Positions 16,793 to 26,436 of a stretch of DNA of 64,000 nt are shown piece by piece. Both the position numbers and the translations under genes were made by a program. Numbering within the stretch: the first letter of the stretch is position 1; each line of letters starts with the position of its first letter. Source of the stretch: Candidatus Micrarchaeota archaeon (GTDB lineage Archaea > Micrarchaeota > Micrarchaeia > Micrarchaeales > CABMGC01); assembly GCA_021801225.1 (NCBI GenBank), contig JAJYYF010000002.1:317-64316 (forward strand), given 5' to 3'. The notes under the pieces are model-generated. The model was not told the origin of the DNA. It did no database searches and was given only the letters and a program-made list of their open reading frames with translations.

Positions 16793-19588
16793 TTAAATCA
16801 TTTCTATGCTTGGCTTCATAGGATTTGCTCTGCTTGCTCTTTGAGAGTTTGATTCTTTCTCTTTTTGAACCTGTATTTGGACTCCTACCATTCTTGAAAT
16901 ATAATCCCTAGACGAGCTTAATAATTCATACTCTTCTTGTTCATCAACCTCGCATCTTCTTAGTTCATTTACTTTTTTGAATAACTGCGAAAGATATTTT
17001 GCTGCCTGTTCTTTATTTACATCTTCTCCCAAGGCATTTATTGTTGCATCTATTTTTTTAGTTTCAATTAACGAGTTCAGTGCATTACGTTTCCATTGAT
17101 CAGCAACAATAATATTACAAGATGAAATATTTGGTATCTTTTTCTTTGTTAACTCATATGCTTGTTTTATATCTTCTATTAAAGAGTCTAGTCCTTGCTC
17201 TTTTTCTTCCAATTTAACATCAATTAGCTCTTTATTTATATCAGGCCATTTTTCAGTAGATGTAAAGGTCGTATTACCCATAACGTGCCATAGCTCTTCA
17301 GATATGTGTGGTGCAACAGGCTGGAGCATTAAGGAAATATCTGAAAGATAGTCTTTTAGTACAATAGAGTTGTTGCCTCCCCTACTAAAATATCTTTTCA
17401 ATTCTATTGATGTATTAAATATTATATTAGTTACAATATCCCTTAATTCTAATTTCTCCATAGCATTTGTTAATATAATTTTTTTATTATTTAATTTAGA
17501 GTATAACCAATAATCAATATTTTCTAGTTTATTACTTGGAATTTCGTTTAATTTAACACAACAATCAAAAAAGAAATCTAATTTGTCTTTAATACTTTTT
17601 GCAGTTTCTACATTAAAATCTGAATCATTAAAAAGATCTGTGTTTCCTATCTCAACTAATCTTAAAATATCTGAACCATAATCTTTAACTGCATCTTTAG
17701 CTAAAAGTACATTTCCTAAACTTTTACTCATTTTCTCTCCGTTCATCATAACTAAACCGTTAACGACGATGTGTTTTGGCCAGTATTTTTTATCAAAAAT
17801 GAGCACATGATTGAAAATGTACATTGTTAAATGATTGAATATTAAATCAAGTCCTGAATGTCTTGATGTCTCAACGTACCAATACGTAAAGGATTCACGT
17901 GATTTTTTAATTATTTCATAATCAATTTTTGTATTATTTGAAACTTGCTCTATATCTCCTATGCCTCTAAATACAAAATCAAAAAATTCAGGAGTTAGTT
18001 TTTCTTCACTAACTTTTTCTATTAAATAATTTATTGTATAATATGCCATATATATCGTAGAATCAGAAAGTGACTCTATAATATAATTTTTATCTAATGG
18101 AAATTTTGTACCTAATCCCTGTGCCCTTGCTACGGCCCTTAGATTTATCCAATTTATTGCAGACAATAATGCATTTTTAGATTTTGATGGGATTACATCT
18201 ATCTCAGATAATGCCTCTATTGCTGAATTTTTCCAGTTTTGATCACCATAATTTATAAACCATTGATTATCAATTACCTTAACAACAATCTCAGTTCCGC
18301 ATCTGCACAAAACCTTTGTTTTATTTGCTAAAATATAAATAGGGAAATATTTTTTATTTGAGGATAAACTCTCCTTTATCTTTTCTCTTGTTTCCAACTC
18401 AGGCATGTTTTCATAACCTGGAAATATCATTACTCCGTTATGTGCCTCTTCTTTGTACTCTAATTTAGTTGCTTCCTCTATCTTTTCGTCAGATGAGTTG
18501 ATATCGCCAGAAACCTTTGTTAAATAATATAAAGAAGGTATTTCAGTTTGAACTCCATTTATTTTTAATACAGTTATTGGCTTAATCTCCTCTTTTAAAT
18601 AACCAGAATTATATAATTTTTTTAATGCTACATAATCAAAAGGGGCATGTGCAGGTACACTCATTACACATCCTGTACCTATATCTTCTTTTACAAAAGA
18701 TCCAGGTAATATAGGTATCTCAACTTTTGATAATGGATTAATACATTTTTTATTTAGTAACTCCTGTCCTTTTATTTCAGATATTTTTTCTAATTTTAAT
18801 TGAAAAATTAATTTTTCATACGTTTGCTGAGATACAATAATATTCTGTGAATCGTTTATTTTACATATGTAATATGTAACTTCTGGTTTAACAAAAACAT
18901 TAGTTACGCCATAAATAGTCTCGGGTCTGTATGTTGCACATATTAGACCGTATTGTTCACCTACAATATCAAAAATTATTCCTGATTCTTGTTCTATTTC
19001 AGGTTCAATGTCGCTTTTTGTATCGTGCATGCCTACTGCATTATTTTCTTTTTTACACCAACCTACAGGATGGTTTCCTTGAACTAAACAGTTCTTTTCT
19101 TTTAGAATACCAAACTGCCATTCTATAAATTTACTAAACTTTGGATCTATAGTGGTAAATACTCTTCTCCAATCCATACTAAATCCAGAAATCTTCATCC
19201 CGCTTTTTACCTCATTTGCAAAGTAAGTTCCCATATAAAGCGGATCAGACATCTTTTCAATTTCTTGATCTGGAATTCCAAAACTCCTGAAATCATTAAG
19301 TATACTTTGATCCTTATCTTTTACCTTATTTGCTTGAGCTAAAAGAGGTATTCCTGTTAAATGAAAACCGATAGGATAAAGAACATTAAAACCTCTCATT
19401 CTTTTATATCTTGCAACAGCATCTGCCGTTCCATATGTTCTAAAATGTCCTATATGTTGTGGTCCGTTAGGATATGGTATTGCTGCAGTAATCATAAATG
19501 GTTTTTTTTGATTTATTTCTGATTCAAAAAGTTTTGCGTTGTTCCATTCGCGTTGCCATTTAGCTTCAATAAAATTAATATCTAACAT
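16793..19588 (-). CDS. leuS: Leucyl-tRNA synthetase (archaeal type)
   Basis: HIGH-type motif PNGPQHIGH, KMSKS, CP1 editing insertion, archaeal-style C-terminal extension. Confidence 0.95.
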   Translation of the reverse strand: MLDINFIEAKWQREWNNAKLFESEINQKKPFMITAAIPYPNGPQHIGHFRTYGTADAVARYKRMRGFNVLYPIGFHLTGIPLLAQANKVKDKDQSILNDFRSFGIPDQEIEKMSDPLYMGTYFANEVKSGMKISGFSMDWRRVFTTIDPKFSKFIEWQFGILKEKNCLVQGNHPVGWCKKENNAVGMHDTKSDIEPEIEQESGIIFDIVGEQYGLICATYRPETIYGVTNVFVKPEVTYYICKINDSQNIIVSQQTYEKLIFQLKLEKISEIKGQELLNKKCINPLSKVEIPILPGSFVKEDIGTGCVMSVPAHAPFDYVALKKLYNSGYLKEEIKPITVLKINGVQTEIPSLYYLTKVSGDINSSDEKIEEATKLEYKEEAHNGVMIFPGYENMPELETREKIKESLSSNKKYFPIYILANKTKVLCRCGTEIVVKVIDNQWFINYGDQNWKNSAIEALSEIDVIPSKSKNALLSAINWINLRAVARAQGLGTKFPLDKNYIIESLSDSTIYMAYYTINYLIEKVSEEKLTPEFFDFVFRGIGDIEQVSNNTKIDYEIIKKSRESFTYWYVETSRHSGLDLIFNHLTMYIFNHVLIFDKKYWPKHIVVNGLVMMNGEKMSKSLGNVLLAKDAVKDYGSDILRLVEIGNTDLFNDSDFNVETAKSIKDKLDFFFDCCVKLNEIPSNKLENIDYWLYSKLNNKKIILTNAMEKLELRDIVTNIIFNTSIELKRYFSRGGNNSIVLKDYLSDISLMLQPVAPHISEELWHVMGNTTFTSTEKWPDINKELIDVKLEEKEQGLDSLIEDIKQAYELTKKKIPNISSCNIIVADQWKRNALNSLIETKKIDATINALGEDVNKEQAAKYLSQLFKKVNELRRCEVDEQEEYELLSSSRDYISRMVGVQIQVQKEKESNSQRASRANPMKPSIEMI

Positions 19589-19726
19589 TTTATCAGTTAT
19601 ATATAGATATTACTTTTTATATTCTTTTTGTTTAAAAATTTATTATTGCATTTTAATCGGCATTTTCAAAACATATCAGTATATAAATATTACTTACCTT
19701 ATATTACTATTTTAAATTTAAACTAA

Positions 19727-20092
19727 TTGATATACATGAAGGATAACATTAAAATGGATTTCACCTGCGTAAATAAGAATTTTAAAAGTGGCATTTTAAG
19801 AATTTTGATAATTAAAAAATTGGAAAACAAAAAAACACACACATACGCACTGATGAAAGAGATACAATCAAATAAGAAAATTTCTTTAAATGTTACAAAA
19901 AATGATATATATAATGTAATATTGGCAATGGAAAAATTAGGTTTGATAAAATATACATTAAACAAAAAAAATAAAACTCAGAAAGTTTTAGAACTAACTC
20001 CCAGAGGTAAATCACTATCAAAAAAATTTAAATTTATAGTTAAGAATTATTTAAAATCATTGAATGAACTAATGGTGGAAATGAATGAATGA
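19727..20092 (+). CDS. PadR-like winged-helix transcriptional regulator
   Basis: ILRILIIKKLENKKTHTYALMKEI..DIYNVILAMEKLGLIKY..LELTPRGK matches the PadR wHTH pattern. Start may be the ATG at 19736. Overlaps the ABC ATPase start. Confidence 0.6.
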   Translation: MIYMKDNIKMDFTCVNKNFKSGILRILIIKKLENKKTHTYALMKEIQSNKKISLNVTKNDIYNVILAMEKLGLIKYTLNKKNKTQKVLELTPRGKSLSKKFKFIVKNYLKSLNELMVEMNE

Positions 20093-21074
20093 TTATGCAG
20101 TAGTCATTAAAGATATTAAAAAAGTATTTGGAACCTTTCAAGCAGTTAAAGGGATATCCTTCAATATTAAAAAGGGAGAAATTTTTGGTATTTTAGGACC
20201 TAACGGAGCTGGAAAAACAACTACCTTGAATATGATATTAGGTTTACTGAAACCAACATCAGGAAGTATAACAATTGAAGGATACGATAATGTTAAAAAT
20301 TCGATCAAAGTTAAGCAGTTATTAGGCTTCATGACTCAGGAAACTGTAGTAGATGGATATCTTAAAGCTAGAGATAACTTGGAAATATTTGCAAGGTTGT
20401 ATCATGTTCCTGAAAATGAAATTGAAAAAAGAGTTAATAAGGCATTAGAAGATGCTAACTTAAAAGAATTTGCAGATAAACCAGCTGGTACATTCTCAGG
20501 AGGAATGCAAAGAAGATTGAATCTTGTAAAATCTATGTTACAAGAACCGAGTATATTAATTTTAGATGAACCTACTACAGGTTTAGATGTACAAAGCAGA
20601 GTCGGAATGTGGGATAGTATTAAGAAGTTAAATGATAAGGGCATAACTGTTATCTTAACTACTCAGTATTTAGAGGAGTCTGATGCGTTGTGCGACAGAA
20701 TAGCAATAATTGATCATGGTGAAATAAAAGCAATAGGCACTGCTTCAGAGTTAAAAAGAATGGTTTCAGAAGGAAATATACTTGAGATAACACTTAAACC
20801 AGAGGACATAGAAAAGGCAAAAAAGATTATGACAAGCAAATTTAATTTAGAGATATCTACAAGAGGAGATATAATCAGAAGTAACATTGAAAAGGACTCG
20901 ATGGGATTATCAATTAAAATTGCGCAATATTTAGAAAAAGAGAAGATAAACGTTCTTGCTTATAGTGTACATCTTCCAACAATGGATGATGTTTTCATAA
21001 AGCTTACAGGAGCTAGTTTCAGAGATGATACTTCTTCAGAAAATATTGCTTCTAAAGCTAGATTTAGGAGGTAA
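20085..21074 (+). CDS. ABC transporter ATP-binding protein (ABC-2/DrrA-like)
   Basis: Walker A GPNGAGKTT, signature FSGGMQRRL, Walker B ILILDEPTTGLD, H-loop region. Confidence 0.9.
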   Translation: MNDYAVVIKDIKKVFGTFQAVKGISFNIKKGEIFGILGPNGAGKTTTLNMILGLLKPTSGSITIEGYDNVKNSIKVKQLLGFMTQETVVDGYLKARDNLEIFARLYHVPENEIEKRVNKALEDANLKEFADKPAGTFSGGMQRRLNLVKSMLQEPSILILDEPTTGLDVQSRVGMWDSIKKLNDKGITVILTTQYLEESDALCDRIAIIDHGEIKAIGTASELKRMVSEGNILEITLKPEDIEKAKKIMTSKFNLEISTRGDIIRSNIEKDSMGLSIKIAQYLEKEKINVLAYSVHLPTMDDVFIKLTGASFRDDTSSENIASKARFRR

Positions 21075-21078
21075 TTAG

Positions 21079-22188
21079 TTGACACTTTTTAATGATTCAA
21101 TAACAATTGCAAAAAGAGAAATGTTAGTTTTCAAAAGTAATCTTAGGACTAATATTATAAGGTCACTAATGTTTCCTCTAATAATTATATTATTTTTTGG
21201 GAATTTAGGTACATCTGTGTCTAATGTTCCTGTTGCAATAGTAAACTTAGCAAATAATCAAATTTCAAATCAATTTATAAGTACTTTACAAGGACAGAAT
21301 ATTATAAATATAATTACACTTACAAATCAAGAAACGGCCCTTTCATTGCTTCAAAATGGTGAGGTCACCGCAATAATAACAATAACACCATCATTTCCTC
21401 AAAATCAGAATGGAAATCCATCTGTTTACATTTATTACTCAAATAGCGAGTTTAGTACTGTAAGTGCCATACTTCCATTTATAGAAAGCACTGCGTCAAG
21501 TTTTGGAAGTTCTGTGCAGCAAAAACAACAACAAACTGCACCAATAGTTTCTTCAAATCCTACAACAGGCGCATCAAGTAACTATCGTGACTTCATAATT
21601 GCAAGTGTAATAATAATGGCAACTGCGTTCGGTTCAATTTTTGGAAGCGGATTCTCAATAATAGTAGATAGGCAGTTGGGAACTATAAAATCATTTTTAG
21701 TAGCTCCAATAAATAAAGATGCGATTTTATTAGGAAAATTACTTGCAGGAACTCTGCAATCATTATTATACGGCATACTTGCTTTGTGTTTAGGCTTTCT
21801 GTTTGGAGCAGGGATAGCAATGGGTTTTGTAGGATTTTTATGGATTCTCGCATTGATATTTTTTGTCTCGTTATCTTTTAACGCAATCGCATTAATTGTT
21901 GCATCTAGGATAAAAACTGTTGAACTGTATGCAATTGTTGCACAAGCAATAACACTTCCAACATGGTTTCTTTCAGGAGCATTCTTCCCATCTTCATCAT
22001 TCCCTTCATTTATACAACCATTTAGTATAGGAGATCCATTAACTTATGCAACTAGTGGGATAAGGGATGTAATGCTCTCAGGTTACTTTCCATTAAACCA
22101 TATAATTACTGATTTCAGCATTATGATTATATTTTCTTTTATAATAGTGCTTATGAGTTTTAGATTATTTAAGAGTACAATAGATTAA
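21079..22188 (+). CDS. ABC-2 type transporter permease
   Basis: TTG start 6 nt after a GGAGGT SD. N-terminal TM, large extracytoplasmic loop, then 5 C-terminal TM helices, typical of ABC-2 permeases. Confidence 0.8.
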   Translation: MTLFNDSITIAKREMLVFKSNLRTNIIRSLMFPLIIILFFGNLGTSVSNVPVAIVNLANNQISNQFISTLQGQNIINIITLTNQETALSLLQNGEVTAIITITPSFPQNQNGNPSVYIYYSNSEFSTVSAILPFIESTASSFGSSVQQKQQQTAPIVSSNPTTGASSNYRDFIIASVIIMATAFGSIFGSGFSIIVDRQLGTIKSFLVAPINKDAILLGKLLAGTLQSLLYGILALCLGFLFGAGIAMGFVGFLWILALIFFVSLSFNAIALIVASRIKTVELYAIVAQAITLPTWFLSGAFFPSSSFPSFIQPFSIGDPLTYATSGIRDVMLSGYFPLNHIITDFSIMIIFSFIIVLMSFRLFKSTID

Positions 22189-22205
22189 AAAATAAATGTG
22201 ATATT

Positions 22206-23819
22206 ATGATAATAAAAAGTGATAGAATGAAAAAAATAACAAACATATGGATGCTATGTGCATTAATTATTTTAGCTATACCTACAATTGTAACTGCACA
22301 GAGTATAAATAATGCATTATCTGTGACTAATTTGCAAATTTCTCCAAATCCTATATTATCAGGTTCGCAAATACAGGTGTCATTTCAAATATATGATTCA
22401 TACTCTTCAGAGTTAACTAATGTTAATCTTCAATTACAAGGAGCTTATCCAATACTTAATTTTTCTCCAACAAACTCGTATTTGATAAATACCATGTCCC
22501 AAGGAATTTATGGTGGTTCAAATACCTACTTTAATTACAATATAAATATACCAAAAAGTACTCCGTCTGGGACATATACTCTAGATGTTTTAGCGACATA
22601 CCAAACAACTCAAAGTGTTTCTGGTGGAACTCAAACTATAACAGGTTCTTCAGTAATACCTATAACATTCTATGTGAACGGAGTTCCAAATATAACAGTA
22701 ACTTCAGAACCAAGCAGCATAATACCAGGACAGAACTTTGGGGTTTCTTTGAATGTACTAAACTCTGGTTATGGAGCAGCTAAAAATATAACAGTGTCTT
22801 TACTAAATACATCCGGATTTACTCCTGTCGGAGCAAAATCATTCAATATAGGTTATTTAAGTGCTGGTTCTTCAGTCCAGTTAACATCAACATATCAGGC
22901 AAGTAAGTTTATATCTAATGGAACATATAAAATGCCCATTGTGGTTTCATATCAAACCGTAACTGGAAAATCATATGTACAAAATCAAAATCAAAGTTTA
23001 GAAGTATTAATAAACAATCCAAATATAGTAGTGAGTGTGCTATCAGAACAACCTCAAACATTATACAAAGGATATAACCAAAGTTTAGTTTTAGGTATAA
23101 CAAATATAGGAACGGGCACTGCAGAAAATGTAACTGCTAACTTTTATTCTGGATATGGAATAAATGTTTTAAGCTCAGTTTCAAGATTTTTCATAGGTAG
23201 TATAAGTCCAAGCCAAACTGTAACTGAATCATTGTTAATTTCTGCTTCTAATTACAGTTCTGACAACGCATCTTTTTACTCCCAACTAAAGTATTTATCT
23301 GCAAACTACAGATCAATATTCGAGAAGAATCAGACCATTCCGATAACTGTAGCTTCATCATCTACATTTAACATAACCAATGGAACATACTCAATAACTC
23401 CTGGATCAACTACAGTTCCTTTAAATTTAGTTATAACAAATACTGGAAATATAGATGCAGAAAACATACAAATATCTCTACAGAGTAGTTATCCAATAAC
23501 TCCAGTAACAAGTTCGTATTACATCGCTTCATTAGCACCTGGACAGAGTGCAAATGTAAGTTTCCAAGTTAGTGCCAACTCAAACGCAAATCCAGGTTTA
23601 TATCCAATAACATTATACGAAACATGGAAGCAACCGAACGGTGCGATAGAGCAACTTTACTCAGGAACAAATGTATATTATGCAAGCATTACTAACGGGG
23701 CAGGAGGAGGATCAGGTCAGATTGTAGATGTAATCATAGTTATCATAGTAGTTATTGTGTTGATTACTGCATACAGGAGAATGAAGTCATCTAGAAAGAA
23801 GAAGGCAGAAAAGAAATAG
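22206..23819 (+). CDS. Surface protein with repeated CARDB/COG1361-like (S-layer domain) modules, C-terminal TM anchor
   Basis: Signal peptide. Repeated beta-sandwich-like units (..ISPNPILSGSQIQVSFQIYDS.., ..IIPGQNFGVSLNVLNSGYGAAKNITVSL.., ..LVITNTGNIDAENIQISL..). C-terminal TM plus a basic tail RRMKSSRKKKAEKK. Confidence 0.6.
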   Translation: MIIKSDRMKKITNIWMLCALIILAIPTIVTAQSINNALSVTNLQISPNPILSGSQIQVSFQIYDSYSSELTNVNLQLQGAYPILNFSPTNSYLINTMSQGIYGGSNTYFNYNINIPKSTPSGTYTLDVLATYQTTQSVSGGTQTITGSSVIPITFYVNGVPNITVTSEPSSIIPGQNFGVSLNVLNSGYGAAKNITVSLLNTSGFTPVGAKSFNIGYLSAGSSVQLTSTYQASKFISNGTYKMPIVVSYQTVTGKSYVQNQNQSLEVLINNPNIVVSVLSEQPQTLYKGYNQSLVLGITNIGTGTAENVTANFYSGYGINVLSSVSRFFIGSISPSQTVTESLLISASNYSSDNASFYSQLKYLSANYRSIFEKNQTIPITVASSSTFNITNGTYSITPGSTTVPLNLVITNTGNIDAENIQISLQSSYPITPVTSSYYIASLAPGQSANVSFQVSANSNANPGLYPITLYETWKQPNGAIEQLYSGTNVYYASITNGAGGGSGQIVDVIIVIIVVIVLITAYRRMKSSRKKKAEKK

Positions 23820-23962
23820 ATTAATTAGCAATAACACTTAATAATGAAAGACTCTACGCTATAGGTTAAATTATTTACTTTTATTTTTATTGTTTTTCAA
23901 AAGTTATTGTAAGAGGATTACACACTTATGTTTATTTAGAGTATGTGCTGATTTTATATTTA

Positions 23963-24742
23963 TCAGACAATTTTTTTATTTTTAATCTCTAAACTTTCTA
24001 TAGAGCTTACTACTCCTACAACTTCAGAGTTACCTTTTATTACTACTCCAGGTCCGTTTATTAAAGCGGCTCTATGAATTATAGAAAAATCTAAAATTTT
24101 GGCACCAAACACCTCTGAACTTTCAAAAACCTTCGAGTGTCCGCTTATTATTGAATCTAATATTGTAGCTTCACCAAAAACTTTTGAGTGTTCACAAATT
24201 TTAGAATGCTCAATAACTGCCTTACCATAAACCTCCGCATAATCAGTAATGCTAGAATATTTAACCTCAGCATGTCCATGGATTATTGCGTTTTTCGATA
24301 TTATAGACTTTTGTAGAATCTTTGCATATCCAAAAATCTCTGCGTTATCACATACTACTGAGTCTGTAAATACCTCTGCATTTCCATGAACTTTTGCATG
24401 TCCAGTTATTTTTCCGCCATGTATCCATGCATTTTCATATATTACTGCGTTCGGACCCACATATGCTTGTTTGTTAACTCTTGCAGTGCTTTCGACAAAC
24501 CCTCCAATCTCTCCAAAACGATTAATATGTCTAGAAAATAATCTTTCTCCAATTTTTACCTCTGTTACTTTAGTGCTTAATTTTGAAAGTCTAGCTATAA
24601 CATCAGAATTAATAAAATCCTCATTTCTTTTTAAATTTCTAAGATTCAGATCACTTCCACTTATTTTTATCATTTTTATCCCAAAAATGTTATATTTATT
24701 TAAATATTTATTTCTATCTTTAAAAGATGCTTTCAAAATCAT
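23963..24742 (-). CDS. Hexapeptide-repeat (left-handed beta-helix, YdcK-like) protein, GGF-motif family member A
   Basis: FSRHINRFGEIGGFVESTARVNKQAYVGPNAVI, then about 20 hexapeptide units (GHAKVH GNAEVF TDSVVC DNAEIF GYAKIL ..). Paralog of 25379..26002. Probable true start is M24 (24673), which is preceded by a leader resembling the family leader (TTTAAATAAATATAACATTTTTGGGATAAAA-ATG). Confidence 0.6.
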   Translation of the reverse strand: MILKASFKDRNKYLNKYNIFGIKMIKISGSDLNLRNLKRNEDFINSDVIARLSKLSTKVTEVKIGERLFSRHINRFGEIGGFVESTARVNKQAYVGPNAVIYENAWIHGGKITGHAKVHGNAEVFTDSVVCDNAEIFGYAKILQKSIISKNAIIHGHAEVKYSSITDYAEVYGKAVIEHSKICEHSKVFGEATILDSIISGHSKVFESSEVFGAKILDFSIIHRAALINGPGVVIKGNSEVVGVVSSIESLEIKNKKIV

Positions 24743-24773
24743 AATTTATATATACTAAAAAATAAATTTTATC

Positions 24774-24852
24774 AGATAAAATGATGATAAACACTGAAAT
24801 TGAAAATAAAAAAGTTGATAAGCTTTCAGATTTAATACTTATTTATTTATAA
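24774..24852 (+). pseudogene. Truncated fragment of the GGF-family gene (leader end plus 23 codons)
   Basis: CAGATAAAATG start context as in the family leader. Encoded ..NKKVDKLSDL matches SKKVHAISDL of 25379..26002, and AAAAAAGTTGATAAG recurs at 27337. Confidence 0.35.
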
Positions 24853-24880
24853 TGTATGATGTGATTTTATAATACATAAT

Positions 24881-25240
24881 ATGTCTCTAAATCCTGAGCC
24901 TTTTGAAAGTATAAAGAATGGCAATAAAACTATAGAAATACGTTTATTTGATGAAAAACGTCAAAAGGTTCAACCTAAGGATATAATAGTATTTACAAAG
25001 TTGCCAGACAAGAAAGAAAAAATAGCAGTAGAGGTGATAGATCTTGCAGTATTCTCTTCTTTTAGAGAGCTACTATCAAATTTTGATAAATCAAAATTTG
25101 GTCATTCAGATAAAATGACATTGGAGGAGCAGATAGAGCGTCAGCGAGAACATTACACCGAAGATGAAGAAAGGAGATATGGAGTTGTAGGCATTAAGAT
25201 TAAATTAATAGATAGATTGCCTGATAATGTAAATATATAA
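24881..25240 (+). CDS. ASCH domain protein
   Basis: PEPFESIKNGNKTIEIRLFDEKRQKVQPKDIIVF is the typical ASCH (ASC-1 homology) beta-barrel N-terminus, in a ~120-aa single-domain protein. Confidence 0.65.
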   Translation: MSLNPEPFESIKNGNKTIEIRLFDEKRQKVQPKDIIVFTKLPDKKEKIAVEVIDLAVFSSFRELLSNFDKSKFGHSDKMTLEEQIERQREHYTEDEERRYGVVGIKIKLIDRLPDNVNI

Positions 25241-25293
25241 TCAGAGAGATTTTTCAATCCAAGTAAACAAAATTACATTAATTTACAACTAAA

Positions 25294-25378
25294 TAATATA
25301 CTGTTGGTATTTCTAATATACTTTTAGAATAAAACAAAGCATATATATCTGAAAAATCAAAATTATTTATCTGATAAA
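25294..25378 (+). promoter_or_regulatory. Family promoter-leader module, copy 1
   Basis: TAATATACTGTTGGTATTTCTAATATACTTTTAGAATAAAACAAAGCATATATAT..CTGATAAA-ATG. Holds an A/T TATA-like box and an SD-like element before the ATG. Confidence 0.55.
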
Positions 25379-26002
25379 ATGGAGAACTTTATTAATATAA
25401 ATAAGGTGGAAACTATAACAACAAAAACTGCTCTTAACAAAACACTTAAAGGTGCAGACATCACAAACCTAAACCTCAAAAACGCATACGTCACAGATGT
25501 AAAACTTGTAAGTAAAAAAGTCCATGCTATTTCAGATCTTCAGAAGCTTAATATAAGCGTGCAGAATGCGGAGATTAGCGGCAGGGAGTTTTCCAGGCAT
25601 AAAAACCCTGATGGCACAGTAGGTGGATTTGTAGAAAAAACAGCGACGGTAGCTGAGACAGCGTATATAGGTCCAAAAGCATTAGTATTAGACAAGGCAC
25701 AGGTCTTAGATAGCGCACAAATCTTAGACAAAGCACAAATCTCCGGCGATGCGAGGGTTTCTGACGACGCAAAGGTCTACGACCGTGCAAAGGTTTACGA
25801 CTATGCATCTATCTCAGAAAAGACACAAGTTTACGGCAAAGCACAAGTCTTCGGCAAGGCACTGGTCGAAGGCAACGCACAAATCTTCGGCGACGCATTG
25901 GTCTTCGAGCATGCGGAGGTTCGCGGCGGTACACGAATATCCGACAATGTACATAGAACTAGATTAGATTTAATAGGCGCAAAGAGAATGTTGCGTAAAT
26001 AA
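25379..26002 (+). CDS. Hexapeptide-repeat (YdcK-like) protein, GGF-motif family member C
   Basis: FSRHKNPDGTVGGFVEKTATVAETAYIGPKALV, then 13 perfect-register hexapeptides (DKAQVL DSAQIL DKAQIS GDARVS DDAKVY DRAKVY DYASIS EKTQVY GKAQVF GKALVE GNAQIF GDALVF EHAEVR GG). Ends ..RMLRK. Confidence 0.65.
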   Translation: MENFININKVETITTKTALNKTLKGADITNLNLKNAYVTDVKLVSKKVHAISDLQKLNISVQNAEISGREFSRHKNPDGTVGGFVEKTATVAETAYIGPKALVLDKAQVLDSAQILDKAQISGDARVSDDAKVYDRAKVYDYASISEKTQVYGKAQVFGKALVEGNAQIFGDALVFEHAEVRGGTRISDNVHRTRLDLIGAKRMLRK

Positions 26003-26027
26003 AATTAAAGTGCGAATACCTTTAAGA

Positions 26028-26115
26028 TAATATACTTTGGGTATTTTTAATATAATTTTAGAATAAAACAAAGTATATATGTGTATTTATACAAACAAAA
26101 AAATTAAGTGATAAA
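26028..26115 (+). promoter_or_regulatory. Family promoter-leader module, copy 2
   Basis: TAATATACTTTGGGTATTTTTAATATAATTTTAGAATAAAACAAAGTATATAT..AAAAAAATTAAGTGATAAA-ATG. Preceded by the shared 3' unit TTGCGTAAATAAAATTAAAGT. Confidence 0.55.
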
Positions 26116-26331
26116 ATGACGATTAAAAAAATCAAACCTGATCTAAATAATTTGGAAGCCAAACAAACAACATTATGTTCTGATGCGATTACAAAACCAT
26201 TGGAGTCTATGCCTGAGGAGATACGTGTACCAATAGGTGGATTTTCAGTAGTGATTGCAAAGAAAGGCGACAGGATAGCTGGAGTGGATAAGATAAATGC
26301 AGTAAGTACAAAAAACATATTGCGTAAATAA
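26116..26331 (+). CDS. Small GGF-motif family member D (truncated paralog, no beta-helix)
   Basis: EEIRVPIGGFSVVIAKKG.. retains the GGF motif and the family C-terminus ..NILRK. Own leader module. Confidence 0.45.
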   Translation: MTIKKIKPDLNNLEAKQTTLCSDAITKPLESMPEEIRVPIGGFSVVIAKKGDRIAGVDKINAVSTKNILRK

Positions 26332-26355
26332 AATTATAGTCTACTGCTATTAGGG

Positions 26356-26436
26356 TAATATACTGTTGGTTTTTCTAATATAATTTTAGAAAGCAACAAG
26401 TTATATATTTAGACAAACAAAAAATTAAGTGATAAA
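26356..26436 (+). promoter_or_regulatory. Family promoter-leader module, copy 3
   Basis: TAATATACTGTTGGTTTTTCTAATATAATTTTAGAAAGCAACAAGTTATATAT..AAAAAATTAAGTGATAAA-ATG. Preceded by TTGCGTAAATAAAATTATAGT. Confidence 0.55.

Noticed and set aside
4228-19128. Short internal or antisense ORFs listed in the track (e.g. 4228..4443, 5121..5324, 7570..7767, 7866..8126, 8006..8194, 8906..9121, 9979..10200, 10223..10414, 10846..11085, 12309..12518, 13679..13960, 15129..15455, 18931..19128)
   Set aside because: Each lies wholly within a longer, motif-supported gene on the other strand or frame. None has a recognisable motif or start context.
19723-19965. An 80-aa minus-strand ORF opposite the PadR-like gene, and 43796..44041(-) opposite the HMGCS start
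   Set aside because: Both are antisense shadows with F/I/L/C-rich, low-information translations. The plus-strand genes have clear motifs.
24781-24830. A box C/D sRNA (ATGATGA .. CTGA .. TGATAA ..)
   Set aside because: The C-box to D'-like spacing is only 6 nt instead of about 12. No proper terminal CUGA D box and no terminal stem are present. The segment is better explained as a truncated GGF-family gene start.
25575-25967. ORF-track entries 25540..25731(-), 25575..25808(-) and 25749..25967(+)
   Set aside because: These are open only because the G+C-rich 18-bp repeat lacks stop codons in several frames. The translations are low-complexity (R/H/S/L-rich) and fully overlap the well-supported gene C.
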